Virus record (IMG/VR): IMGVR_UViG_3300047994_000617 | Span: 32,001 to 96,000 of that record | Length of the DNA: 64,000 nucleotides | Reading direction: 5' to 3' (one strand) | From: a virus | Part shown: one piece after another, positions 37,409-46,726 of the stretch | Layout: every line of letters starts with the position of its first letter | Numbering within the stretch: position 1 is the stretch's first letter | The notes under the pieces: model-generated | What the model saw: only the letters and a program-made list of their open reading frames with translations | Database searches by the model: none | Told to the model about the DNA's origin: nothing | Made by a program: the position numbers and the translations under genes

Positions 37409-38026
37409 ATGAACCCCACGAACCTGCCCATCCACATCTTCGTCGACAACATCCCGCTCGTTCGCGCGCTCGCGTTCGGCGTGGGGGACGGCTACCCGCG
37501 CGGCCACTACCCTGCGATGGAGCAGACGGCCACCGACCACCCGCTCTTCGGGGCCCGGAAGACGCCGCACGACGTGTTCCTTCATCCTCGCTACAGCGCA
37601 ACTGCGGCGCACGAGACCGCGCGGCAGAAGCAGGAAACGCCGACGGAGCATTTTGCTCGCGACGCCGAGCACCGCGCGGCCGCGCTCGAGGCCATCTCGC
37701 CCGACGTCGCAGCATCTTTCTCGGCGCTGTCCGCGTCGGACGCCGAGTCCGCCGGGCTCTGCCCCGCTCACTTGTGGGAGGACCAGCAGATCCCGGCCGT
37801 CGAAGCAGTGGCGCAGACCCTTCGGCGCTCGGTGCCGAAGGTCGACGAGGAGGGCGCCCAGGGGCCCAGTCGCGGGGGCCCGGTGCTCGAGCAGCGCCCC
37901 GTCGTCGAGGTCCTCCGGCCCGCCATCCCGCCCGGCGTACGCCTCGGCGTTCGCTCCCAGCTCGCAGCCCGGGCCGCCGCGGCCCACGCGCCGACGCCGG
38001 CGGCAGACGGCGCGACCGATTCCTGA
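37409..38026 (+). CDS. Hypothetical protein
   Basis: ORF filling the gap between the spike-like genes. Confidence 0.55.
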   Translation: MNPTNLPIHIFVDNIPLVRALAFGVGDGYPRGHYPAMEQTATDHPLFGARKTPHDVFLHPRYSATAAHETARQKQETPTEHFARDAEHRAAALEAISPDVAASFSALSASDAESAGLCPAHLWEDQQIPAVEAVAQTLRRSVPKVDEEGAQGPSRGGPVLEQRPVVEVLRPAIPPGVRLGVRSQLAARAAAAHAPTPAADGATDS

Positions 38027-38095
38027 GGCCGTCCCGGCTGCTGGCCGCGCCGACCTTCCGGCTCCCTTTGCTGACCGTCTTGGAGAAGCCCGAAC

Positions 38096-38863
38096 ATGAC
38101 TGCCGTCACCCTCACCGTCCCCGATCCCCCCGGTCTCGATCCTTACCCCGCGCTATACGGGCCGTGGGTGGACTGCTCCGCGCTCGGCCAGAGCCCCCTG
38201 GCGGAGCTCGCCGAGGCGGCGGCCGCCGGCGACCTCGTTCGCCTGGAGACGGCGGCGACCCAGGCGCTCACCGGCGCCGCCGCCCGGGTGAACATCGCCG
38301 GGAGCGTGGCAGGCTCTGACACGGCGCCCCTGACGATCACCACTCCGATCTCCCAGGTCCGCGCCGTGCGTCTCAAGGGGCAGACGACGGGGCTCACTGT
38401 GGCGGTCGCGTCGACCAACGCCGGAGGGCCGCAAGGCCAGACGGGACCGGCGGGACCGGCGGGACCGGCAGGGCAGGTGCCTCGCGTGTTCCTCGCCAAC
38501 GTCGCCCACGCGCGGGCGTTCGAGGCGATCCTCTTCCAGAACGCGACGGACGCCGACCCGTACGTGATCACCAACCCCAACGCCTTCCAGGCGGCAGGGC
38601 AAGGAAACATTGCCTACCCGGGAGGAACGACCTGGGACCTGACCCTGGCGCTCTACGACAACACGGGGACGTTCGTGGAGAACGTTCCTCTGGCCTCGGG
38701 CGCGTTCGCGATCACCACCGGCTTCTCGCCCGCCTTCACCGAGCTCGGCGGGGTGATCGCGACGCCCTTCACCGTGCCCCCTGGCTACTCCATCTTCGTT
38801 CTGATGACGCCCACGGGCACCTTCGACCTCACCGGCGTGACCTTTGTTCTTCTGAACCCCTGA
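38096..38863 (+). CDS. Spike/fibre-like protein 2: shared N-terminal anchor, short collagen stretch, beta head
   Basis: First ~110 aa paralogous to 35822 and 38873; GPQGQTGPAGPAGPAG. Confidence 0.7.
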   Translation: MTAVTLTVPDPPGLDPYPALYGPWVDCSALGQSPLAELAEAAAAGDLVRLETAATQALTGAAARVNIAGSVAGSDTAPLTITTPISQVRAVRLKGQTTGLTVAVASTNAGGPQGQTGPAGPAGPAGQVPRVFLANVAHARAFEAILFQNATDADPYVITNPNAFQAAGQGNIAYPGGTTWDLTLALYDNTGTFVENVPLASGAFAITTGFSPAFTELGGVIATPFTVPPGYSIFVLMTPTGTFDLTGVTFVLLNP

Positions 38864-38872
38864 GGCGCTCCG

Positions 38873-40042
38873 ATGACCACCACCGTCTCCCTTACCGTCC
38901 CTGATCCTCCCGCGTCTGCCGCCGCCCCCGCCTACGGCCCGTGGCAAGACTGCTCGGGCCTCGGTCAGAGCCCGATGGCGGAGATCGCCGCGGCCGCGAC
39001 CGCGGGGGACCTCGTGCGCCTGGAGACCGCCGCGACGGCGGCGATCACCGGCGCCGCCGCCCGCGTGAACATCGTCGGCCGCGTCGCGGGCTCCGACGCC
39101 GCGCCACTGACGATCGAGGTCCCCATCTCCCAGGTGCGCGCCGTGCGCCTCGGGGGCTCCACGACGGGCCTCACGGTCGCCGTGAGCTCCAGCAACGCGG
39201 GAGGGCCCCAGGGGGCGCCTGGGCCGGCTGGGCCTGGCGGGGTCGGCAACCCATGGGGCCCGGGGACGCTCGGCGGGCTGCACGTCACGGTGGCGATGTC
39301 GCCCTACGAGGCGACAGGACCTCTCTACTTCACGACGCTCGTCGTGGACGCGGGGGCGGTGCTCGACCTCTCGGCGCCGCTCGCGGGGCTCCTCCTGGGG
39401 ACCGTCTCCGCGGACATTGCCGGCACCCTCCGGATCAACGGAGGCAACGGTCAGCCAGGCGCCGCTGGCGGCGCCGGCGGCGTCGGGGGCGGCTACGGGG
39501 CCCAGGCCGCCAACGGCAACGACGGCTCGACCGAGGGCGGCGACAGCCCCACGGGCTACCAGTTCGGCGGGGGCCAGGGAGGCAACGGAGGCGCCGGAAC
39601 CGTGCCCGGCGGGACGACCAGCACCGAGGGCCCGGCGAACGTGCCCCGGGACCTCTGCGGCGCCCTGGCGATGGCCTCCACGCCGTCGTTCGTGGCCGCG
39701 GGGATCCCCGGGGCCGGGGGCTCCGGAGATGGAACCTACAGCGGCGGAGGCGGGGGCGGGATCGGGGGCATGGGCTGGCTGGGCGCGCCCACCGTGACGC
39801 TCCGCTCCACGGCCGTGCTCCAGAGCCGCGGAGGCAACGGGGGCATCGGCGACCCAGCAGGGACGACGGGCGGAGGCGGAGGGGGCCCCGGTGGTATCTG
39901 GACGGTGATCGCGACGACGCTGATCAACGACGGGGTGACCGTGGACGTCGCCGGAGGCCTCGGGGGCACGGGGCCGGGCGGAGGCAGCCACAACGGGCAA
40001 CCGGGAACGGCGGGATCGGCTCTGAACGTGGTCCCTGCGTAG
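38873..40042 (+). CDS. Spike/fibre-like protein 3: shared N-terminal anchor plus glycine-rich domain
   Basis: Shared anchor, GPQGAPGPAG, and GGGGG/GGxGG-rich C-terminal domain. Confidence 0.7.
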   Translation: MTTTVSLTVPDPPASAAAPAYGPWQDCSGLGQSPMAEIAAAATAGDLVRLETAATAAITGAAARVNIVGRVAGSDAAPLTIEVPISQVRAVRLGGSTTGLTVAVSSSNAGGPQGAPGPAGPGGVGNPWGPGTLGGLHVTVAMSPYEATGPLYFTTLVVDAGAVLDLSAPLAGLLLGTVSADIAGTLRINGGNGQPGAAGGAGGVGGGYGAQAANGNDGSTEGGDSPTGYQFGGGQGGNGGAGTVPGGTTSTEGPANVPRDLCGALAMASTPSFVAAGIPGAGGSGDGTYSGGGGGGIGGMGWLGAPTVTLRSTAVLQSRGGNGGIGDPAGTTGGGGGGPGGIWTVIATTLINDGVTVDVAGGLGGTGPGGGSHNGQPGTAGSALNVVPA

Positions 40043-40256
40043 GCGGCCTCTCGACGTCCACCGCCAGGCCGGCGCCGAAGAGCTGGCGGCCGTGGAGCCT
40101 ACTACGTCGAGGAAGAGCACGGCGAGGAAGAGGAGCGCGGCGAGGAGCTGGAAGGCGTCGAGCGCCGCGCCGATCTGGCCACCACGGGCTCGACCCGCGC
40201 GAGCGAACGGCTTGAAGTGAGACGGCCTCCTTCGTAGCATCCGTCGTCCTCGAACC

Positions 40257-40700
40257 ATGCACGTCTCCGACTTCCTGTCGAACCGCTACGCCATAGCCGT
40301 CGCCGTCCCTCTGGCGCTGCTGGTCGTGTCGGCGTGCGCGAAGAAGTTGGTGAGGGGCCCAGGAGGCTGGAAGCAGTCGGATTGGCACTACGGGCTGGAG
40401 ACCTCCCTGGCATCGCTCTCCGCGACCCTGATCTACCTGGGGGACATTTCCATCGCGCAGCGCGGACCCGCCGCCGTGCGTTCCGAGCTGTTCACGTCCC
40501 GCGTCGAATGCGCGCTGGGGTTCGCGGTCCTCTCGCTGGCGTTCGTTTTCGTGACACTTACGCTCCACCAGGACCACCAGATCCCAGCGGCCGCGAGCCC
40601 GCCCCGCCTGCTCCGGGACCCTGCGTTCTGGAAGCTCTGCGTGCTTGGAAATTTTCTAGGTGCGGGCGTGATGTTCGGGTTCATACTCTGGAAGGTGTAG
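40257..40700 (+). CDS. Four-TM membrane protein (cargo or holin-like)
   Basis: Four hydrophobic segments; less GC-biased codons than the neighbours. Confidence 0.7.
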   Translation: MHVSDFLSNRYAIAVAVPLALLVVSACAKKLVRGPGGWKQSDWHYGLETSLASLSATLIYLGDISIAQRGPAAVRSELFTSRVECALGFAVLSLAFVFVTLTLHQDHQIPAAASPPRLLRDPAFWKLCVLGNFLGAGVMFGFILWKV

Positions 40701-40702
40701 TC

Positions 40703-41470
40703 ATGGCCGACGCGCAGCCGAACAGCATACGGTCTCGGGCGGCCGAGACTCAGGGGATCTTCTTGGCGCTTCTGGCCGTTGGCTTCGGCGCCGCTGGTGG
40801 TGCGTTGCACGCGGAGATCTACATTCTCTGTGGCGCGCTGGCTGGGGTCATGGCCGCCACGCGGATCGTGGCGGCCTCCGGGCGGCGGCGACCCAGCGCG
40901 ACGATCCCACCTTGGGCGGGGGTTAACGCGTCTAGCGACGCATTGAGAGAGTTGCACCTCGCCCGCGCCATGCGCGATCTTGCGGTGAATCGCAGCGAGT
41001 TGGTGAGCGAGCGCTCACGTGCCGCCGCGTTGCTCGCCGTGCGCGCGGCCAGACGGCCGGGCCCGGGGTCGTCCCTGGATTTTGCGCCGCGGTCGCACGA
41101 GGAAGTGCTGCTCTTCAAGCTTGCCCACGCGACGCGCCGGTCCGGGTCCAGCAAGCTGGAGCTGTATCGGGCGGGATACGATATGCGCCAGGCAGCGGCT
41201 CGCTACAGGATCGCGGTCGACGTGCTCACCCAGGCCCTTCAAGAGCCCGAGGTCGCTGGTTCCGAGGTCGCTGGTTCCGAGGTCGCTGGCTCCGAGGTCG
41301 CTGGCTCCGAGGTCGCTGGCTCCGAGGTCGCTGGCTCCGAGGTCGCTGGCTCCGAGGGCGCTGGCTCCGAGGGCGCTGGCTCCGAGGGCGCTGGGCCGGA
41401 GAGGGACACGAAGGACGCGGCACGGGCGGAGACTCGACGGGAAAGGACGCGGGAGTCGGGGCACGGTTGA
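40703..41470 (+). CDS. Two-TM membrane protein with EVAGS repeat tail
   Basis: GIFLALLAVGFGAAGG, IYILCGALAGVMAA; starts 2 nt after the upstream stop. Confidence 0.6.
   Translation: MADAQPNSIRSRAAETQGIFLALLAVGFGAAGGALHAEIYILCGALAGVMAATRIVAASGRRRPSATIPPWAGVNASSDALRELHLARAMRDLAVNRSELVSERSRAAALLAVRAARRPGPGSSLDFAPRSHEEVLLFKLAHATRRSGSSKLELYRAGYDMRQAAARYRIAVDVLTQALQEPEVAGSEVAGSEVAGSEVAGSEVAGSEVAGSEVAGSEGAGSEGAGSEGAGPERDTKDAARAETRRERTRESGHG
41249..41398 (+). repeat. 15-bp tandem repeat, 10 copies (7 EVAGS, 3 EGAG[S/P])
   Basis: gagg[t/g]cgctgg[c/t]tcc units. Confidence 0.95.
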
Positions 41471-41759
41471 CGGACCTCCCCGCGTGAAGCAGCTTCGGCA
41501 CCGTCGCGGCCTACTGGCCCCTGCTACTCCCGTCCGTTGTCCCTGCGGCGGACGCACTGGACCCGTCGAGCGTCGGTGCGTCCGGCCAGCTCGACCTGCT
41601 CTCCTGGCGGCTCCGCCCGGGCAAGCCGTTGCCCCTTCATCTCCACCGGGCGCACCCCGGTTCTCGAAGTCGACAGGATCGACTCGGTGCGAGCCGACGG
41701 CCGCCGGCCCGTGGCGCCAGGCGATGATGCGCCGGGCGCGCCGGGGTATGCTGGCGGTG

Positions 41760-42041
41760 ATGAACGCGCTTCGCCTTGCCGGTGCTGCCATGGTCGCCAT
41801 GCTCACGGCGGCCACCTTGCTCGGCTCTTCCTGCTCCTCGCCGAATCCTCCCGCTTGTGGGTTCCCCACGCCGGGCGAGACGGCCGCGGACGGTGGCCCG
41901 GACCCCTGCCACTGCGATCCGCCTCCCGCGCTCGACCTCGGGGCCTGCGCCTGCCTGTCTGGAACGCCGCAGGACATCGCCGTGTACAACGGGTGCATCG
42001 CGCTCTATCGGCTGGAGATGATGGACGCCGGCGCAGATTGA
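41760..42041 (+). CDS. Small Cys-rich lipoprotein
   Basis: Signal-like N-terminus ending LLGSSC; six further Cys. Confidence 0.6.
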   Translation: MNALRLAGAAMVAMLTAATLLGSSCSSPNPPACGFPTPGETAADGGPDPCHCDPPPALDLGACACLSGTPQDIAVYNGCIALYRLEMMDAGAD

Positions 42042-42074
42042 CGTCGGCACTCGCGCCTGGCCCCTGCTCGCCTT

Positions 42075-43202
42075 TCAGAACGACGCACCTACGCCGGCGC
42101 CGAGCCTGCCGGCGGCGCCCCCGAACCTGCGTGCCGTGACGTTGTTCCACTCGTTCGTGCCGCCCGCGAGCTTTGCGACCCCGACCACGTCCGTCGCCAC
42201 GTCGACGTAGAACCGCCCGACGAGCGGAGCGTCAACGTGGACAGCCCCACCCCCACCGCCAAAGAGCACCGTTTGGTGCAGCGATGGAAACGCGGGCGTT
42301 CCCGCGGACTGCTGGGCCGCTCCCAGATCGGCGACGACGCAGCCGGCGAGCGAGACGGTCCACGCCCGATGGACGCATCCGGTGAGGCTCCCCGCGACGA
42401 GCGAGGTCGTGACGTTGACGGTGGGGCCTGGGCTTGGCAGTCCGATCCCTGGCTGCTGAGGATCCCAACGGAACCCTCCCATCAGCGACCATCCGCCCCG
42501 GCGCCACTCCTGCCGCTGCACCCCCCCTTCCAGGGCTACCCCGAAGAGCGCGCCCCACGTGCCCCCGAAGTCCGCCTGGGCCCCGACGACCACCCGCGGC
42601 ACGAAACGGGGGCCCGCGAGCGCACCTGGCGACGCGGCCGAGGCGACCACGGGCGCTGGCGGCGACGGCTTCGGCGACTCGGCGGGCGCCTGCGGCTCCA
42701 CGGGCCGCGGCGACGGAGCGGGCGGAGCTGGCGCTGGGGGCGGAGCACCGGCTGGCTCGTGTGCGGGTCCCACGATGGGGATGAGCCAGGAGGCGACCCT
42801 GCGGCCTGCGCTCTCGACGACGCCCTGGCACGTCGGCTCAACGAGCTCGTCGCCGCCCATGCGCTTGCCGTTCTCGTCGTACATCGCAAGGGTGGCGACG
42901 AAGGCTGGCTTCCCCCGGTGGATCTTCACCGTGATGCGCCTCGGCGCGGTCGGGGTGAACGGATCGATGCCCGCGAAGCGCACGGCGACGAAGTGGTGGA
43001 AGTAGACTTCTTCTGGGCACGACGCGAGGCCCGCCGGGCGCTCGTACTCGAGCCGGGCTTCATCTGGCGGGGGGCCGTCTGCGAGCGCTGGCGAGGCCGC
43101 GAGCAGGAGCAGCAAGCCAAGCGCGACGGCGCCGCCCGTCAGCCGGTGGGCGTCGACGTGATGCACGCGCCTCCGGGGGGTCTGACGGCCAAGGGTGAAC
43201 AT
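42075..43202 (-). CDS. Secreted or outer-membrane protein of myxobacterial type
   Basis: Signal AVALGLLLLLAASPALA; RLEYERPAGLASCP domain, Pro linker, beta-strand C-terminus ending GVGASF; start uncertain. Confidence 0.7.
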   Translation of the reverse strand: MFTLGRQTPRRRVHHVDAHRLTGGAVALGLLLLLAASPALADGPPPDEARLEYERPAGLASCPEEVYFHHFVAVRFAGIDPFTPTAPRRITVKIHRGKPAFVATLAMYDENGKRMGGDELVEPTCQGVVESAGRRVASWLIPIVGPAHEPAGAPPPAPAPPAPSPRPVEPQAPAESPKPSPPAPVVASAASPGALAGPRFVPRVVVGAQADFGGTWGALFGVALEGGVQRQEWRRGGWSLMGGFRWDPQQPGIGLPSPGPTVNVTTSLVAGSLTGCVHRAWTVSLAGCVVADLGAAQQSAGTPAFPSLHQTVLFGGGGGAVHVDAPLVGRFYVDVATDVVGVAKLAGGTNEWNNVTARRFGGAAGRLGAGVGASF

Positions 43203-43248
43203 GCGCGCGTAGCCCCGCTCGACTGGTACAGGGAGGCGGTCCGGGATG

Positions 43249-43479
43249 CTACCAGCGCGAGCGCGAGGGGGACATCGTCGAGCGAGGGGTGAGGGCCTGC
43301 GCGAGGCCATGGACTTCGTCGGGTTCGTCGAAGACGACCACGAGCTGCCGATGACGGAAGAGGCCGACGGCGCCGACTGCGGCACCCGGGAGGAGTTGGA
43401 GAAGGACAGCGGTCCAGCCGCGGCCGAGGTCGACGGCGCGCCGGCCAGGGGCGGGGGCGAGGGGATCGTCAGGAGCCAT
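43249..43479 (-). CDS. Possible small hypothetical protein
   Basis: 76-aa ORF filling a gap in the leftward operon. Confidence 0.3.
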   Translation of the reverse strand: MAPDDPLAPAPGRRAVDLGRGWTAVLLQLLPGAAVGAVGLFRHRQLVVVFDEPDEVHGLAQALTPRSTMSPSRSRW

Positions 43480-43576
43480 GCCTCTACATCGACACGACCG
43501 GGGGAGGAGTTGCTTCGGCGCGGTCGATTTTCCCGCAGGAGGGGCTCCGGCTTGGTCTCGACGGCCGGGGCGAGGC

Positions 43577-45475
43577 TCAGGGGCCGACGGGAGAGCGGCG
43601 CGTCGCCTGGGCATGCGCGCGAGGCGTGAGCGGGCTGCGTGGGGCACGCGGCACGGGGCGATGCCCCAGCCGAGGCCCACGACGGCGCGGGCTCTCCGTC
43701 GCTGCCGGCGGCGAGACCGCTCCGTTGCCGGAGGAGGCGGGCGGCGCGGGCGGCGCACCGGGCACGGGAGGCGCCAGCGCGCGAGAGAGGAGGCGCTTGT
43801 AGCTCGCGGAGGCCCGTTGCCAGCGCTCAAGGGCTTCGTCGAGCTTCTCCCGCAAGGGATCGTCCTCGGGGAGCCCAGAGAGCGCCTCGCAGAGCGACAT
43901 GGCGGAGCTCAGGGCCATGTTGAGGGAGGTGACGTCCTGCGGCGCCACGCGGGCGTCGGGGCCCTTGCCGACGAAGTCCATGAGGAGCTGCTCCGTCGCC
44001 TTCAGGAACATCGTCGCCCCCTCCAAGCGCTCGGCGGGCGCGGAGGCGTGAAGGACGCCGGGCATGACCGAGATCGCCTCGGTCAGCATGGCTGCGAGCT
44101 GGAGATAGTGCTCCACCGTGGGCCGGGCGGGAGGCGTGGACCCCAGGAGGGCCAGCCGGATCCGGGGATCGAGCGAGGAGCCCAGGAGGCGGAGGGCGGT
44201 CGTTACGTGGCGCTCGGCGGCGGCCGGTGCGGGTGGCAGCGCGGGGCGCCCCGTGGGCCTGGCGGCGACAGGGGCCCGCTGGGGACGAGCGGGCCTGGCC
44301 GGGGGCGGCTCCAACGCAGCCAGCGCGACCAGGGCCCGCTCGATGGTGTCGAGCCGCTGCTCTACCGCCACCGGGTGCCTGGGGACGTCCGCCGGTCCCG
44401 CCTCCGCTTCGGGCGTAGACGACGAAACCGGCAGCACCGGCTCGCCACGTCGGAGGTTCGGGAGAACCTTGTCCTGGAGGTAGTCTCGGAGGAGCACGCC
44501 GCGGGGCTTGCGCGTGAGAAGGAGAACCCGGTCCTGACCCGCCTGGGTGAGGATCGTAAGATGGTTCACGTTTGCACGAACCAGATTCGTTCTGGTTCGT
44601 GCTGCGTTCGCCTTGAATTCGCGCAGATCGTTGCCCCTGAGCACCAAGAAGTGCTCGCCCTCGTGTACCTCGTTCGACCAGACCGACGTGAGTTGCTGCG
44701 CGATGACGCCGGCCTCGTAGTCGAGCGGTGCGTCCAGATCGCCGGCCACCATGACCATCTCGCCGCGGAAGGGGTGAAGGGGGATCGTGTGGCCGCCGAG
44801 GACGACCGCGTTGCCCTCGGTGTTCATTGCGATCGGGGGCATCGCCGCAGTTTCGGGAGCCTGCGCCGCCCGCGCCGAGCTCCGCACGGGCTGCGGACCA
44901 AGACCAGCGAGGGCCGCGCGGATCAGATCGGCGAGCGGCTCGACGTTCACCCGCTCCCCGAGCGCCGCGATGGCGCGGTTGGCCTCCGCCGGGCGGTATC
45001 CCAGGCGGGTCAGCCCGCCGCGGAGCAGATCCGCGGGATCCGGCTCGCCGGAAGGAGTCCGTGTCGCGGGAGCGGAGACAGCCGTGGCAGTCGGCGTGGC
45101 CAGGGCTGCGGTCGGGAGGATGGGGGCGCGCGGATCGTGGACTTCCACCGGGCGCTCGGGGCGAGGCGGGGCCACCATCGGCTTCGGTTCCCCCGCAAAC
45201 CGCATCCACTTCCGTCGACCAGGGAAGTGTCGGATGACCTGATGCTGCGCGTCCTTGGCGATGGCCTGGTACTCGCCGCCACCCCAGAGGGCCACGGCTT
45301 GATCCCAGGTCTGGATCTCGTCGACGTCGAAGTCGCGGGGCGCGTACTCGGCAGGTGCGCCCGCCCGCCGCCGGCGGACGAAGCAGACGAAGCGGACCGC
45401 GAGGTCCGCGGGCACCGTCCGGGCGGGTGAGCCGGCAACTTTGGGCGGGCCGAAGCGCCTCTTGGGCGCGCTCAA
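43577..45475 (-). CDS. Chimeric protein: WGGG-x-YQAIAKD domain, RuvA C-terminal-like domain, ORF6N/Bro-N-like antirepressor domain
   Basis: TTG start in a TTGA overlap; GLTRLGYRPAEANRAIAAL..LADLIRAAL; EGEHFLVLRGNDLREFK..LTILTQAG..DKVLPNLRRG. Confidence 0.7.
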   Translation of the reverse strand: MSAPKRRFGPPKVAGSPARTVPADLAVRFVCFVRRRRAGAPAEYAPRDFDVDEIQTWDQAVALWGGGEYQAIAKDAQHQVIRHFPGRRKWMRFAGEPKPMVAPPRPERPVEVHDPRAPILPTAALATPTATAVSAPATRTPSGEPDPADLLRGGLTRLGYRPAEANRAIAALGERVNVEPLADLIRAALAGLGPQPVRSSARAAQAPETAAMPPIAMNTEGNAVVLGGHTIPLHPFRGEMVMVAGDLDAPLDYEAGVIAQQLTSVWSNEVHEGEHFLVLRGNDLREFKANAARTRTNLVRANVNHLTILTQAGQDRVLLLTRKPRGVLLRDYLQDKVLPNLRRGEPVLPVSSSTPEAEAGPADVPRHPVAVEQRLDTIERALVALAALEPPPARPARPQRAPVAARPTGRPALPPAPAAAERHVTTALRLLGSSLDPRIRLALLGSTPPARPTVEHYLQLAAMLTEAISVMPGVLHASAPAERLEGATMFLKATEQLLMDFVGKGPDARVAPQDVTSLNMALSSAMSLCEALSGLPEDDPLREKLDEALERWQRASASYKRLLSRALAPPVPGAPPAPPASSGNGAVSPPAATESPRRRGPRLGHRPVPRAPRSPLTPRAHAQATRRSPVGP

Positions 45476-46176
45476 GCTGCCCTCCGAGCCGCGATCAGCG
45501 CGGCGAAGCGATCGAGCTGGTCCGCGCCGGCGTCGGCGATGGCCGCCTCGATCATCTCGGCATCCGCGGGCCAGCCCAGGAGGCAGCCCTCGCACGGCAC
45601 GCGGTCCGGCTTCACCTTCGCCAGCGAGGTGACGGCGTGGCCGCAGCCGAGCCCGATCCGGTTCCTGGAGAGGTACGGCCGCGTCACCGCCACCATGGGA
45701 ATGTCGATGCCCGCTGCGCTGGCGGAGGTCGCCATGGCCTCCCGCTGGGCCGCGCGGAGCAGGCACAGCGCGAAGGGAGGCAGCGGCTCGGCCCCCTGGT
45801 TGTCGTGGGCGGGGACGATCGGCCGGGGGCGGCCGGTCCCGCAGGACCAGAGCCCGAATCCCTGGGGGAGCCGGTCCTTCGACGGGACCACGCGCTGCCA
45901 GGGGCTCGACACCGCGATGTACCGACGGGTCGCATACCGCGCGAAGGGCGCGCTCTTCTCCGGGCCCTCCCGGTCGAGGTCTTGGGTCGAGTCCTTGATC
46001 TCGATGAACTCGACCCTCGGCCCCATCGAGGGCCACAGGGCGACGGCGATCACGTCGGCGACGCGCACGCCCTCGACGCGAGCGCCGGGGGCGCTCTGCA
46101 CCTGCCGGAGGAAGGCCCAGCGGTCCGCGGGGTACTGCCGGCGGAGCCTCTCGGCGATGGTTGCCTCACGCGACAT
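45472..46176 (-). CDS. MmcB-like PD-(D/E)xK nuclease-fold protein
   Basis: RVADVIAVALWPS..FIEIK.S..D..RE..EK....YA.RRYI....LP.GFGL; RBS AGGAGG. Confidence 0.7.
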   Translation of the reverse strand: MSREATIAERLRRQYPADRWAFLRQVQSAPGARVEGVRVADVIAVALWPSMGPRVEFIEIKDSTQDLDREGPEKSAPFARYATRRYIAVSSPWQRVVPSKDRLPQGFGLWSCGTGRPRPIVPAHDNQGAEPLPPFALCLLRAAQREAMATSASAAGIDIPMVAVTRPYLSRNRIGLGCGHAVTSLAKVKPDRVPCEGCLLGWPADAEMIEAAIADAGADQLDRFAALIAARRAA

Positions 46177-46726
46177 GGCCAGCCTCCTTCCGGGGGAGCA
46201 GCGGGCAGCCCTCGGGCAGGGCCGGGGGCACGGCGCAGCGGTCCGGCGGCGGCGGGGCCCGGGGGTCGACGCGCTCGACCGCAGGCGGGGGCGGCAAGGA
46301 GGCCGGGCTCGCCCGGCGTGGCGCGTCGACCTCCCACTCGGCCTCGGCGTCGTCGAGCCGGTCGAGGATGGTGGTCGAGGCGTCGAGGTAGCCTCGGATG
46401 TTGAGCTCGAGGTGGCGAAGGTCCGCGGGGATCGCGGACGTGGGGGCCTCAAGCTCCTTCTGGAGGTCCACCAACCCGGTGCGGGCCATCTCCAGAGAGC
46501 GCCGCACGTCGGCGATCCCGGGGACGTGGAGCCCGCCTGCAACGCCCGCCGCCGCGAAGACCTGGACGGCGGCCTCGCTGCCGTGCCGCAGGGCGTCCAT
46601 GGCCTGGGCCTTGGGGGTCATCACGGAGTCGCGACGGAGCATGTCGTCGACGACGAGGTGGAGATCGTCCAGCGCGCGATGCGCGGCGACGATGCAGGAA
46701 CGGATGGGATCGATGGCGGTTGTCAC
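46166..46726 (-). CDS. Hypothetical helical protein
   Basis: GTGA overlap with the upstream gene. Confidence 0.6.
   Translation of the reverse strand: MTTAIDPIRSCIVAAHRALDDLHLVVDDMLRRDSVMTPKAQAMDALRHGSEAAVQVFAAAGVAGGLHVPGIADVRRSLEMARTGLVDLQKELEAPTSAIPADLRHLELNIRGYLDASTTILDRLDDAEAEWEVDAPRRASPASLPPPPAVERVDPRAPPPPDRCAVPPALPEGCPLLPRKEAGHVA

Noticed and set aside
35822-40042. Diversity-generating retroelement or shufflon acting on the spike-like genes
   Set aside because: No reverse transcriptase or invertase seen; the similarity is at the 5' ends, all in one orientation, and is not adenine-specific
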